Assembly (NCBI GenBank): GCA_040273995.1 | Contig: JBELYP010000006.1 | Location: 314-64,313 of the forward strand | DNA from: Arthrobacter sp. | GTDB taxonomy: Bacteria; Actinomycetota; Actinomycetes; Actinomycetales; Micrococcaceae | Reading direction: 5' to 3' | Length of the DNA stretch: 64,000 nt | Part shown: positions 1-10,002 of the stretch, one piece after another | How positions within the stretch are numbered: the first letter of the stretch is position 1 | How the letters are laid out: every line of letters begins with the position of its first letter | Program-made: the position numbers and the translations under genes | Notes under the pieces: model-generated | Database searches by the model: none | The model's input: only the letters and a program-made list of their open reading frames with translations | Told to the model about the DNA's origin: nothing

Positions 1-1267
1 TGCCGTGTTCCCCAGTGAGCGTGCCGCCCAGGGACTTGGCCAGGTGGAACATCTCCCCCAGCGCCTCCTTGGGCGGCCCCTCCGTCACGGACTCCTCCGG
101 GTCCATCACGATCATCGGGTGCAGGTTGCCGTCGGAAGCATGGGCGATGGTGAAGATGCGCACCCCCGTGCGTTCGGCGATCGCCTCCAGCCCGGAGACG
201 ACGTCGGCCAGTTTCCCGCGCGGCACCCCGATGTCCCCAATCGAAACCCGACCGAGCTTTTCGAGTGAGGGGATAGCTTCCCGGCGGGCGGTCACCAGCG
301 CGGCCGCCTGCTCGTCGTCGACCGCCCGTTCACAGATCCCGAACGGTGAGACGGCGTCCATCACCACGTCCTGCTCCAGGAAGGCGCCGTGTCCGTCCGT
401 TTGAACCAGCAGGAAGGACGCACCGCGGGAGCGGTAGTCCGTGCCCAGTGCAGCGTCCACTGCTTCGAGGGTCTGCCCGTCCATCAGCTCCATCATGGAC
501 GGCTGGATGCGCGCCGCAACAACCGCCGACGCCGCCCGGGCCGCCTGTTCAACGTTCGGGAAGAAGGCCGCAACCGTGGCGGTCTGCACGGGCAGCGGAC
601 GCAGCCGCAGGGTTGCTTCGACGACGATTCCCAGGGTCCCTTCCGACCCGATCATCAGGGCGTTCAGGTCATAACCGCTCACGCCCTTGATGGTCTCCCG
701 GCCGGTGCGCAGTTCCCTCCCGTCCGCAAGGATAACGCGCAGCGCCAGCACGGCTTCGCGCGTGACGCCGTATTTGGCGCAGCGCATCCCGCCGGCGTTC
801 GTGGCGATGTTCCCGCCGATGGAGCAGATGGCGGTGCTGGCCGGGTCCGGGGCGTAGAACAGCCCGTACTCAGCGGCGGCAGCGTTCAGCTCAGCATTCA
901 GCACCCCGGGCTGCACGACGGCGAGCTGTTCCTCCGGATCGATCCGCAGGATCGAGTCCATGCCGGACACATCCAGCACGATTTCGCCCTGCCGGGAAGA
1001 CGAGGCGCCTGCCAGCCCTGTTCCGGCCCCGCGGGGAACCACCGGGATCCGATGCGCGCTGGCCCGGCGCAGGACTTCGGCTACTTCCCCGGCGTCCTGG
1101 GCGAAGACCACTCCGTCCGGGATGCTCTCAGCCACGAAGCCGGATCGGTCCGTGCTGGCCGCCAGCCGGTCCCCTTGGTCAACGGAAAACCTGGCTGCCG
1201 CGCCCAGCACGGTGGCCGCCCCATCCGCGACAGGAATGCCGGAAGCGTTCATGGGCTTCGTACTCAC
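1..1267 (-). CDS. FAD-linked oxidase, GlcD/D-lactate dehydrogenase-like (runs off the window start)
   Basis: Not in the ORF track. Manual minus-strand translation from GTG at 1267 (AAGGAG upstream) gives the VVPRGAGTGLAG FAD-binding motif. Lies directly downstream of a lactate permease. Confidence 0.85.
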   Translation of the reverse strand, partial: MSTKPMNASGIPVADGAATVLGAAARFSVDQGDRLAASTDRSGFVAESIPDGVVFAQDAGEVAEVLRRASAHRIPVVPRGAGTGLAGASSSRQGEIVLDVSGMDSILRIDPEEQLAVVQPGVLNAELNAAAAEYGLFYAPDPASTAICSIGGNIATNAGGMRCAKYGVTREAVLALRVILADGRELRTGRETIKGVSGYDLNALMIGSEGTLGIVVEATLRLRPLPVQTATVAAFFPNVEQAARAASAVVAARIQPSMMELMDGQTLEAVDAALGTDYRSRGASFLLVQTDGHGAFLEQDVVMDAVSPFGICERAVDDEQAAALVTARREAIPSLEKLGRVSIGDIGVPRGKLADVVSGLEAIAERTGVRIFTIAHASDGNLHPMIVMDPEESVTEGPPKEALGEMFHLAKSLGGTLTGEHG

Positions 1268-1289
1268 ACGTTCTCCTTGACTTGCCAAC

Positions 1290-3104
1290 CTACGGGACCA
1301 TCCAGCCGAGCACCGGCGTGGACTGCAACCAGATCAGCAGGGTCATCCCGACCAGCAGGCCCAGGGACCAGCCGATCAGCTTGCGCAGCAGCGTGCCCTC
1401 CACCCCGTTGAGGCCCACGGCCGCGGCCGCAATGGCCAGGTTCTGCAGCGACAGCATCTTGCCCAGCACCCCGGCGGAGGAGTTCGCCGCCGCCATCAGG
1501 GTGGGCGACAGACCGGTCTCCTCGGCGGCCGCGACCTGCAGCTGGCCGAACAGGGAGTTCGACGACGTGTCCGACCCGGTCAGCGCCACGCCGATCCAGC
1601 CCAGCAGCGGAGACAGAAGTGCGAAGAAGCCGCCGGCGGAGGCGAGCGCGACACCGAGGGTGGTGGTCTGTCCGGACAGGTTCATCACGAAGGACAGCGC
1701 GAGCACCGAACAGACTGTGACGATCGTCCAGCGCAGGGCCTTCAGGGTCTCGCCGTAGATCCGGATCCCCTTCGCGGGTGCAATCCGGTAGAGAACCATG
1801 GTCAGGATCCCGGAGATCAGCAGCAGCGTTCCGGTGGCCTTCAGGTGGTCGAAGCGCAGGTTCTGTGCCCCCACCGGATCTCCGGAAGAATTCACCACGT
1901 CCAGGCCCGGCCAATGGAAGGTAACACCGCCCACCTGGGTCAGCCATGCCTTGATGGCGGGGATCTGCGCGAGGGAGAAGACCACAATGATGATCAGGTA
2001 CGGGGCCACGGAGAGCCAGACGCTGCGGGCCGGCGGCCGCGCGTTATCGCGTCCGCCTGCTCCTGCGGAGCCCTCGCTCCCGCCGCTGGCGGCAGACCGC
2101 CGCCCAGAGCCGCCGCTTCCGGAAGCCTGCGAGGTGCTGCCGTCTCCGCCTGTGCGGGTCAGCGTGTCGGTTCCTTCCTCAGCAGCGCCTTCGCCCGCAC
2201 GTTCTCCGGCGGCCGCACCGCGCACCGCACCGGCGTCGTCGTCCATCGCTTCCCCGGACATGCCGATCAGTTCCTTCGGCTGCCAGACCCGGAGCATTGC
2301 GAGCACCGCGATCACCGTGGCGACGGCCGCCACGACGTCGGTCAGTTCCACGACGAAGAAGTTGGAAGCCACAAACTGCGCCAGGCCGAAGACGATGCCG
2401 GCCACCAGGGCCACCGGCCACGTCTGCCGCACACCGCGCTTGCCATCCACCAGGAACACCAGGATCAGCGGGACCACAAGGGCGATAAACGGCGTCTGCC
2501 GCCCGGTCATGGAGGAGAGCTCCTGCAGGGGAATGCCGGTGACGCCGTTCAGCGCGATGATGGGCGCGGCCATGGCACCGAATGCCACCGGCGCCGTGTT
2601 GGCCAGCAGCGCCACGATCGCCGACTTCAGCGGTTTCATGCCGGCGGCCATCAGCATCGCGGCGGCAATGGCTACCGGGGCGCCGAAACCAGCCAGCGAT
2701 TCGAGCAGGGCACCGAAACAGAACGCGATCAGGATGGACAGGATCCGCAGGTCATCGGAGATGGAGCGGATGGTCCGTCCCAGTACGTCGAACCACGGGG
2801 TTGCCACCGTGAGGTTGTAGATCCACAGGGCGTTGATGAGGATCCAGAGGATCGGGAAGATGGCGTAGAACGCACCCAGGGCGGTGGCAGAGAGGGTCTG
2901 GTCCAGCGGCATACCCCAGCCGAACAGCGCCAGCAGGATAGACAGGACCAGCGAGATGATTCCCGCCTGGTAGGCCTTGAGCCGGAAGACGCCGAGCATC
3001 ACGAAGAGCAGGAGCAGCGGGAGCGCGGCGAGGATGGCGGAAAGCACCAGGGAGTCGCCAATAGGATCAAGGACCTGTTCGTACTGCGCTGCCGGAAAAT
3101 GCAC
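1290..3104 (-). CDS. L-lactate/glycolate permease (LctP family)
   Basis: Multi-TM protein with GFGAPVAI, ANTAPVAFGA and GSDTSSNSLF motifs. Start chosen at GTG 3104 after AAGGGG. Confidence 0.9.
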   Translation of the reverse strand: MHFPAAQYEQVLDPIGDSLVLSAILAALPLLLLFVMLGVFRLKAYQAGIISLVLSILLALFGWGMPLDQTLSATALGAFYAIFPILWILINALWIYNLTVATPWFDVLGRTIRSISDDLRILSILIAFCFGALLESLAGFGAPVAIAAAMLMAAGMKPLKSAIVALLANTAPVAFGAMAAPIIALNGVTGIPLQELSSMTGRQTPFIALVVPLILVFLVDGKRGVRQTWPVALVAGIVFGLAQFVASNFFVVELTDVVAAVATVIAVLAMLRVWQPKELIGMSGEAMDDDAGAVRGAAAGERAGEGAAEEGTDTLTRTGGDGSTSQASGSGGSGRRSAASGGSEGSAGAGGRDNARPPARSVWLSVAPYLIIIVVFSLAQIPAIKAWLTQVGGVTFHWPGLDVVNSSGDPVGAQNLRFDHLKATGTLLLISGILTMVLYRIAPAKGIRIYGETLKALRWTIVTVCSVLALSFVMNLSGQTTTLGVALASAGGFFALLSPLLGWIGVALTGSDTSSNSLFGQLQVAAAEETGLSPTLMAAANSSAGVLGKMLSLQNLAIAAAAVGLNGVEGTLLRKLIGWSLGLLVGMTLLIWLQSTPVLGWMVP

Positions 3105-3217
3105 AAAAACCCCTTTGTTTTTGCCGGGCCGGTTGGATCCGGTCCTGCCCGTAGACAAGTTGGGTAGACACTAGGCGCGCCGGTCCGGCCGGTCAACGCC
3201 CCTGCCCGCCCTTCTCA

Positions 3218-3275
3218 CCGAAATGGCAGAAAGTGCCCGTTTCAGCGCTGAAACGGGCACTTTCTGCTATTTCGG
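3218..3275. repeat. REP-like palindrome with a perfect 42-bp core (3226-3267)
   Basis: GCAGAAAGTGCCCGTTTCAGC|GCTGAAACGGGCACTTTCTGC, extendable by CCGAAAT/ATTTCGG; lies between divergent genes. Confidence 0.8.
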
Positions 3276-3290
3276 GGAATACGGCAGGAT

Positions 3291-4049
3291 ATGGTCATGA
3301 GTTTTGGAGGGTTGCGGACAGCCGTTATCACCGGTGCGGGTTCGGGAATCGGCCGGGCCACCGCCAGGGAGTTCCTGGCCAGAGGCTGGCAGGTTGTGCT
3401 CGCAGGCAGGCGGGAAGAGGCGCTGACGGAAACGGCCGACGGCGATGCGCGCGCCCTGGTGGTCGCGGCGGACGTCACCCAGCCCGGCGACGTCGAGCGC
3501 CTCTTCCGCGAAGCAGTGGACAGGTTCGGCCGGGTGGACGTGCTGTTCAATAATGCCGGCAGCTTCGGACCGTCCGGCTCCGTGGATCAGATCAGCCTCG
3601 ACGACTGGAACGACACCATCGCGGTGAACCTGACCGGCACCATGCTCTGCGCCGCGGCTGCGTTCCGGCAGATGAAGGACCAGGACCCGCAGGGCGGCCG
3701 GATCATCAACAACGGCTCCCTCTCCGCGATCGCGCCCCGCCCGCTGGCCGCTGCGTACACGGCCACCAAGCATGCCGTCACCGGGCTCACGAAGTCCATA
3801 GATCTGGACGCCAGGGCATGGGGAATCAGCTGCGCCCAGATCGACATCGGCAACGCCGCCACCGGACTGCTGGCCGGCATCACCAGCGGCGGAGCGCTTC
3901 AGCCGGACGGCAACCGCAAAGTGGAGCCCACCTTCCCTGCGGAAGAGGCGGCCCGCACGGTCGTGTTCATGGCTGAACTGCCGGCGTCGGCCAATGCCGG
4001 ATCCGTGATTCTCACGGCGGCAGGCATGCCGTACCTCGGCCGCGGCTAG
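3291..4049 (+). CDS. Short-chain dehydrogenase/reductase
   Basis: TGAGSGIG, NNAG and YTATK motifs. True start may be ATG 3297 (leaderless, after CAGGAT). Confidence 0.92.
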   Translation: MVMSFGGLRTAVITGAGSGIGRATAREFLARGWQVVLAGRREEALTETADGDARALVVAADVTQPGDVERLFREAVDRFGRVDVLFNNAGSFGPSGSVDQISLDDWNDTIAVNLTGTMLCAAAAFRQMKDQDPQGGRIINNGSLSAIAPRPLAAAYTATKHAVTGLTKSIDLDARAWGISCAQIDIGNAATGLLAGITSGGALQPDGNRKVEPTFPAEEAARTVVFMAELPASANAGSVILTAAGMPYLGRG

Positions 4050-4058
4050 GACGAACGC

Positions 4059-5627
4059 CTAGCGCGCCGGAGCGGCATCCTCAATGTCCTCGTCTTCGAT
4101 GCCCAGGATGTCCAGCTTGCCGCTCTTGCGGTCTGCGAGGTACTTCTTCATCTCCCGCTTGATCACCGGCAGCATCAGGTACACACCGAGCAGGTTCACA
4201 AATGCGCAGATGAACAGCGCAGCATCGGTAAAGGAAATGACCTGGCTGAAGGAGAGAATGCAGCCGGCCACGGTGAAGGTTAGGAAGATGACCTTGTACG
4301 TGATTTCCCGCTTCCGGCCCCGGCCGAAGAGGTACTCCCAGGCTTTGAGCCCGTAGTAGGACCAGGTGATCAGGGTGGAGTAGGCGAACAGTGCGACGGC
4401 GACCGCCAGCACGACCGGGAACCACGGCAGCACGGTGGCAAACGCATCGGAGGTGAGAATGACGCCGTCGGGAGCACCGCCGCCGCCCTGCACCTGGTCG
4501 ATGCCGGCCTGCAGGCTGGGTGCTCCGGCCATGATGATGGCCAGGGCCGTCATGGTGCAGATCAGCACCGTGTCCACCAGCGGCTCAAACATGGCCACGA
4601 AGCCCTCGCTGACCGGGCGGCGGGTCTTGACCGCGGAGTGGGCGATTGCGGCGGAACCGACGCCGGCCTCATTGGAGAAGGACGCCCGCTGGAAACCAAT
4701 GATCATCACGCCGAGGATTCCGCCGGCGAAGCCTTCGGGACGGAACGCACCTTCGATAATCGCACCGAAGGCAGCGGGGATGTTCTCGAAGTTCGCGGCG
4801 ATGACCGCACCGCAGGCGAGGATGTAAACCGCAGCCATGGCCGGAACCAGCTTGGAGGTGGTGGAGCCGATGGACTTGATGCCGCCCAGGATGACTACGG
4901 CAACCAGGACGGCGAGGATGACGCCGAAGACCAGCGCGGCGCCGTCCGAACCCAGGAACCCTTCCTCGCCGCCGGTCGCGTTCCGGACCTGTGCGAAGGT
5001 CTGGTTGGCCTGGAACATGTTGCCGCCGGCCACGCCGAACAGCAGGATGGCCACTGCGAAGATCCCCGTCAGTACTTTGGCGGGCAGCGAGCCGAAGCGC
5101 TTGAAGGCCACCGGCAGGTATTTGAACGGCCCGCCGCTGACTGTGCCGTCCTCGTGGACCTGACGGTATTTGACGCCCAGGGTGCATTCGGCGAATTTCG
5201 TGGCCATGCCCAGCAGCCCGGCCAGGATCATCCAGAACGTGGCGCCGGGCCCGCCGAGCGCCATGGCTGCGCCGACGCCGGCGATGTTGCCGAGTCCCAC
5301 CGTTCCGGAGAGCGCGGAGGTCAGCGCATGGAAATGCGGTACTTCCCCGGGGTCTTGTTTGGTGGAGAACTTGCCGCGGACCACCTCCACGGAGACCTTC
5401 AGCCCGCGGAACTGGATGAATCCGAAGTAGCAGGTGATCACAATCCCGGCGATGATCAGCCAGGCCACAACAACGGGAAAGCTGAAGTCCCCGATGGTCA
5501 GCGGGAAGAAGACGAGGTCATTGAACGCAGTCGCAATGGGTTCCATGAAGTTGTTGACGGATGTGTCGATCGAGCCCAGCAGGCCCTCCGGCTCGGTCTG
5601 CGCAGGCACGCTGATGCTGCGGCCCAT
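4059..5627 (-). CDS. Alanine/glycine:cation symporter (AGCS family)
   Basis: GTVGLGNIAGV, GGPGATFWM and FSNEAGVGSA motifs. Confidence 0.92.
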   Translation of the reverse strand: MGRSISVPAQTEPEGLLGSIDTSVNNFMEPIATAFNDLVFFPLTIGDFSFPVVVAWLIIAGIVITCYFGFIQFRGLKVSVEVVRGKFSTKQDPGEVPHFHALTSALSGTVGLGNIAGVGAAMALGGPGATFWMILAGLLGMATKFAECTLGVKYRQVHEDGTVSGGPFKYLPVAFKRFGSLPAKVLTGIFAVAILLFGVAGGNMFQANQTFAQVRNATGGEEGFLGSDGAALVFGVILAVLVAVVILGGIKSIGSTTSKLVPAMAAVYILACGAVIAANFENIPAAFGAIIEGAFRPEGFAGGILGVMIIGFQRASFSNEAGVGSAAIAHSAVKTRRPVSEGFVAMFEPLVDTVLICTMTALAIIMAGAPSLQAGIDQVQGGGGAPDGVILTSDAFATVLPWFPVVLAVAVALFAYSTLITWSYYGLKAWEYLFGRGRKREITYKVIFLTFTVAGCILSFSQVISFTDAALFICAFVNLLGVYLMLPVIKREMKKYLADRKSGKLDILGIEDEDIEDAAPAR

Positions 5628-5692
5628 CTCCACCCCCAGGAATAAGTAAGCGAGCTGACGATTAGTGGAGCTAGCTTGCCCTACGTCCCGCC

Positions 5693-5708
5693 TGTAACAC
5701 AAATCACA
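5693..5708. promoter_or_regulatory. Possible CRP/GlxR-type site upstream of the symporter
   Basis: TGTAA-CACAAA-TCACA, one mismatch to TGTGA-N6-TCACA. Confidence 0.4.
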
Positions 5709-5724
5709 GGTGCGGGCGGGTGCG

Positions 5725-6984
5725 TCAGGGCACGACGGCGGGAGACGCTGCCAGGTGGGCCCTCACTTCGTCGGCGGCGCGGCGGCCGGTCACGACGGCG
5801 CCCTCCAGCGTTCCCGGGAACGCGTCGGAGACGTCCCCGCCGGCAAGCGCGAATCCCGTGCTCTCCGGGAGCCCCGCCGCCAGGGCGGCGGTGTAACCGA
5901 CGGGCGGGGCGAGCCAGGTGCCGCGGGCCCAGGGATCGGCGCTCCAGTCATAGCTGAAGTGTGCCCGCACCCGAGCATCCGGGAGATAGGTACGGATCCC
6001 GGCTTCAAGCTCACCGGCGTCCGGCACCCCTTCGGCCGCCGGCGCAAGCCCGACAGCCAGCGTCCCGCCGTCGGGCAGGTGCGCTTCGGTGCGAAAGTAG
6101 CCAAACGGCCCTTCGGAGGCGAAGACCCGGCAATGCCCGGTGATCCCGTCGAGCACGAACCAGTCCTTCCGTGACGCACCGGGCTGGCCGCCGGACAGGA
6201 AGGGGGCCAGCGGACCGAGCAGGTCCCCAGGCACCGTGATCTCCTTTAGGGTATTGAGCGGCACGGCCAGCACGACGGCGCGGGCTTGGAAGACTTCACC
6301 GCCTGCGTGGACCGTGTAACCGGCAGCGGTGCGGACGATGTCCCGCACCGGCGCCTCGAGGTGCAGGCGGGCTTCGGAGCGGCCCAGCAGCCCGGCGGCG
6401 AGGACCGCCGTCGTGCCGCGGATCTGGCTGCGGTAGTGCTCCGGATCGCGGAGTTCAGTGGAGTCCAGCAGCAGGTGGGCCGCGTCGAGGTCCTCCAGCG
6501 GCGCCCCGGCCAGATAGCGCTGCGTGGCGGCATGCCAGTCCCGGATGTCCGGTGCCAGTCCAGCCTGCTCCAGGACGGACTGGGCCGTGGCCGGCTCCCC
6601 GGCGGAGAGGTTTTCCAACAGTTCCAGGCTTCCCGTGAGGGCGGCGTCGTCCTGCGGGTACTGCTGGGCCCGGATGCCGCTGCGGAAATGCGTCAGGTAG
6701 CGGTCCGCGGCCGGTGAGTCGTACAGGTCGAGCCCGAGTTCCCGGACCAGCGAGCGCGTAGTGTCGAAGCCGGGCAGCAGCCAGGTGCCGCCCAGATCGA
6801 TCATGCGGTCCGCAGCGGGCCAGTACCAGCCGAACGCCCTGCCGCCTATCCGGGTGGACGCTTCGACGACGTCGACCCTCAGACCGGTGCCGCGCAATTT
6901 GTCTGCGGCAGCGAGACCGGCGAGGCCGGCCCCAACAATGACTACGTCCGTGTGGACTCCAGCGTCCGTGCCGGGTGCGCCCAT
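5725..6984 (-). CDS. Flavin monoamine oxidase family protein
   Basis: VVIVGAGLAGL, EASTRIGGR, DLGGTW and a C-terminal GTLEGAVVTG. Confidence 0.88.
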   Translation of the reverse strand: MGAPGTDAGVHTDVVIVGAGLAGLAAADKLRGTGLRVDVVEASTRIGGRAFGWYWPAADRMIDLGGTWLLPGFDTTRSLVRELGLDLYDSPAADRYLTHFRSGIRAQQYPQDDAALTGSLELLENLSAGEPATAQSVLEQAGLAPDIRDWHAATQRYLAGAPLEDLDAAHLLLDSTELRDPEHYRSQIRGTTAVLAAGLLGRSEARLHLEAPVRDIVRTAAGYTVHAGGEVFQARAVVLAVPLNTLKEITVPGDLLGPLAPFLSGGQPGASRKDWFVLDGITGHCRVFASEGPFGYFRTEAHLPDGGTLAVGLAPAAEGVPDAGELEAGIRTYLPDARVRAHFSYDWSADPWARGTWLAPPVGYTAALAAGLPESTGFALAGGDVSDAFPGTLEGAVVTGRRAADEVRAHLAASPAVVP

Positions 6985-7116
6985 GATTCTCCTGAAGACC
7001 AGTGTCCTAACCCCGCCCGGTGCCCGTGGGTGCAGCGGTCAGGGAAGCTTGCGGTCCCCATTCTGGGCGCACGTAATCTGCGGCACCAAGATCGCGCGGA
7101 ATTGTGTAGCCGAAGG

Positions 7117-7539
7117 CTAAGACCCGCGGGAGCTCCGGGTTTCCTTCTCGTTCGCCTTCTGGATGGCATCCACCAGTTCCTCCTTAGTCATCCGGGAGCG
7201 GCCGGTGATGTCCAGCCGGGATGCGACGTCGTACAGGTGCCCCTTGGAAGCGTTGACATCCACTCCCCCGGCGGTCTTCGCGTTCGAGCGCCTGCCCTCC
7301 TCAGCCCTCTTGTCCGAGGGCCCCTTGGATTCCTTGGGTTCCCAGTGATCGCCGACCTTTTCATAGGTGTGCTTCAGCGACGCATAGGCCGTCTGGGCGG
7401 CGCGCTGCTCGTCGCCGTATTCCTTCAGAGCTGAGTCGTAGGTCTTTGCGAAGGTTTTTCGTGCCTTCTTTTCTGAGCGCTGAAGTGTCGAGGGCAACTC
7501 ACTCTTTTTCACCTTGCCGGTCTTGGTTGTCTTCGGCAT
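7117..7539 (-). CDS. ChaB family protein with C-terminal Rho-N-like motif
   Basis: ELPSTL...AYASLKHTYEKVGDHW (ChaB-like) and ITGRSRMTKEELV. Confidence 0.85.
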   Translation of the reverse strand: MPKTTKTGKVKKSELPSTLQRSEKKARKTFAKTYDSALKEYGDEQRAAQTAYASLKHTYEKVGDHWEPKESKGPSDKRAEEGRRSNAKTAGGVDVNASKGHLYDVASRLDITGRSRMTKEELVDAIQKANEKETRSSRGS

Positions 7540-7541
7540 TC

Positions 7542-7751
7542 TCAGTCATCCCCCTCCGGCTGGAGCGTGGACGCTTCGGTGAACGTCCCCATGGCGTCCT
7601 GAACCTCCATGCTGTCCGTGTCATCGGCCACCGGTTCCGGCTGGCGCCAGACCCGGGGATCTGAGACAGCGTTGCGGGTGAGGTTAAGCGTCTCGTGCTT
7701 CATGGTGTCATCCATGCGGCGCCCGTGGGTGCTGTTTCCGCGTTCGGACAT
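7542..7751 (-). CDS. Small hypothetical protein, probably co-transcribed with chaB
   Basis: 69-aa ORF with GAAGGAAAG upstream, ending 2 bp before the chaB start. Confidence 0.65.
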   Translation of the reverse strand: MSERGNSTHGRRMDDTMKHETLNLTRNAVSDPRVWRQPEPVADDTDSMEVQDAMGTFTEASTLQPEGDD

Positions 7752-7812
7752 GATGCTTTCCTTCCGGTCGGCACTAAGCGTCCTTACGGTCTACCACCCC
7801 GGCGAAGCCGGC

Positions 7813-8757
7813 TCAACCCACTGCAGTTTCCGCTTCGACCTCATCCGCGAGGACGATGTCGAAGCGAACGCGCGTCCAGGTGCGGTCCCCCAGATCGCGT
7901 CCGGCAGGAGCCGGGGTTCCGGCTGGCTGTTCATAGAACGGCTTGATCAGGGAATCCTTCACACCGAAAACGGAGTCGCCAATTTCAAGCTGGGGGTCCC
8001 CTTCGACAAAAATATGCGTGACCAAGGTCCGATAATTGGGTGCGCTGACCATAAAGTGCAGATGTGCTGCCCGCACCGGAGAGCGGTTTGTTGCGCTCAA
8101 CAACCGTCCCACCGGCCCGTCGTGCGGGATCGGGTACGGGGTTGGGGTCAGTCCCCAGAACGCGTAGCTGCCATCGGCCCCGGAACGGAGACAGGCTCGC
8201 CCAGCCACCCTCCGGTCTTCATACTGGACATCATAAAAGCCGTCCTCGTCTGCCTCCCAGACTTCAATCCGCGCGCCGGGGATTGCCTCGCCGCGGACAT
8301 TGCGGACCGAGCCCTCGATCCAGCTGGGCTGACCGTTGGCACCGCCGGAGATATCCTCGCCGGTCTGGATCTCCGGCGCGTTGTCGACAAAGAACGGACC
8401 GAACACAGTGTCCTCAGTGGCGTTCCCGCGGGCAGGATTATTGACCGTAATGGTCTGCATGGAGGCACCAAGCACGTCTGACAGCAGCACAAACTCCTGC
8501 CGGCGGTCATCCGTGATGTGCCCGACCTGGGTAAGAAATTCGATGGCCTGCTCCCATTCGGAAACGGTCAGACGGACGTCCCTGATGAACGCGTGCAGGT
8601 GCTTCACCAGCGACTGCATCAGTTCCTTAAGCCGGACGTCCTCGGTGGCATCAAACGAACCCAGCACACGCTGAGTGAGCTCGACCTCCCGGCGGGTCTG
8701 CTCATTGTCCCAGTCCCCGGTCGGAGCTCCGTCAGAGACACTTATGGTGTTGGTCAT
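7813..8757 (-). CDS. Hydroxyquinol 1,2-dioxygenase (intradiol ring-cleavage dioxygenase)
   Basis: [35 protein letters not shown] and RAAHLHF motifs; next to maleylacetate reductase. Confidence 0.9.
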   Translation of the reverse strand: MTNTISVSDGAPTGDWDNEQTRREVELTQRVLGSFDATEDVRLKELMQSLVKHLHAFIRDVRLTVSEWEQAIEFLTQVGHITDDRRQEFVLLSDVLGASMQTITVNNPARGNATEDTVFGPFFVDNAPEIQTGEDISGGANGQPSWIEGSVRNVRGEAIPGARIEVWEADEDGFYDVQYEDRRVAGRACLRSGADGSYAFWGLTPTPYPIPHDGPVGRLLSATNRSPVRAAHLHFMVSAPNYRTLVTHIFVEGDPQLEIGDSVFGVKDSLIKPFYEQPAGTPAPAGRDLGDRTWTRVRFDIVLADEVEAETAVG

Positions 8758-8799
8758 GGTCTATTAGTCCTCTCGGATCGTTCTGTGGCTGCCGCACCC

Positions 8800-9894
8800 T
8801 CAGACTGTGACGGCAGCCGGTTCACCGGTCAGGGCGGCACGGAGGAGACCGGCAATGTTCTGTTCGGTGACGGTTACGGGGTTAGAGGCCGGGGAAGCGC
8901 TCACGATGCGGTCAACTGCTTCCGGAACACCCTCGGCGGTGAAGCCGTAAGCAGCCAGCTTGGTGGGTGCCTTAACCGCCGCGTAAAGATCCCGTAGCGC
9001 AGCCACTGCAGCGGCGGAGCCGTCATCTGCCGAAGCCGGTCGCCCCAGGGCGTGGGCCAGCCTGCTTGCCAGATCCGGCACAGCGGGGCCATTGAGCTCC
9101 AGGACATGGGGCAGTATGACCGCATGAGTCTGTGCGTGGGGCAGGTCAAACGTTCCCCCGAGTACGTGGCAGATCTTATGGTGCAGCCCGGACCCTGCCC
9201 CGGCGAATGACACGGCGGCAAGATAGCAGCCGTACAACGCCTGCTCTCGGGCTTCCATGTCATCGGCGCTTGCCACAATCCCCCGCAGGGACTGAGCCAG
9301 GGCACGCGCACCCTCCAAAGCCAAGGCCTGGCTGATCGGATCAGTGCGAGGAGCCCACAGGGAGTCCACGCAGTGGGCCATGCCATTAAGCCCTGAAGCC
9401 ACCGACAGGCCTACGGGGAGCGTTTTGGAGAGCTCGGCGTCATACACGACGGTTACGGGCAGAACCTTCGGATCGGTGCCAGTGGTCTTGGTGCGGTTCT
9501 CCGTCATCCCCCAGACATTGGTCGCCTCGGAACCGGCATAAGTGGTGGGAACAGCTACGATCGGCAAGCCCGTAGTCAGTGCAACAGCCTTGGCCAGACC
9601 GGTGGTGGAGCCGCCTCCGACAGAGATCAACACGTCCACCGAGTCTCGCCCGGCCGCGGCACGTGCCCTATCAGCGACCTCAACGGGTACGTGCTGGGCA
9701 ACCTCATCCCACCACAGGGCGGGGGTGACCTTCGCAGTGGCCTGCTCGGCGAGAGCCCGTTCCGGATCAGCAGCGATGATCATCGGGCGGGAGACGCCAA
9801 GCAGTTCGAGCTCTGCGTTCAGATGTCCGGCCGCTCGCCCCGTCCCGAAAAGGACACGCTGGCCCAAAGTTGTGTGTTCAAAATTCATGGTCAT
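8800..9894 (-). CDS. Maleylacetate reductase
   Basis: Iron-ADH fold with GGGSTTGLAKA, PTTYAGSE and LHHKICHVLGG...LPHAQTH. Confidence 0.92.
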   Translation of the reverse strand: MTMNFEHTTLGQRVLFGTGRAAGHLNAELELLGVSRPMIIAADPERALAEQATAKVTPALWWDEVAQHVPVEVADRARAAAGRDSVDVLISVGGGSTTGLAKAVALTTGLPIVAVPTTYAGSEATNVWGMTENRTKTTGTDPKVLPVTVVYDAELSKTLPVGLSVASGLNGMAHCVDSLWAPRTDPISQALALEGARALAQSLRGIVASADDMEAREQALYGCYLAAVSFAGAGSGLHHKICHVLGGTFDLPHAQTHAVILPHVLELNGPAVPDLASRLAHALGRPASADDGSAAAVAALRDLYAAVKAPTKLAAYGFTAEGVPEAVDRIVSASPASNPVTVTEQNIAGLLRAALTGEPAAVTV

Positions 9895-10002
9895 AGTGCA
9901 GTGCCTCTTTCGGGAAACGGACAGGATTTCGATAAAGCTGGAGGGGCGTGGCTGACGGCAGTCCTGGCAAGCCGACACCCCGCTGGACTGGATAGATTGC
10001 GC

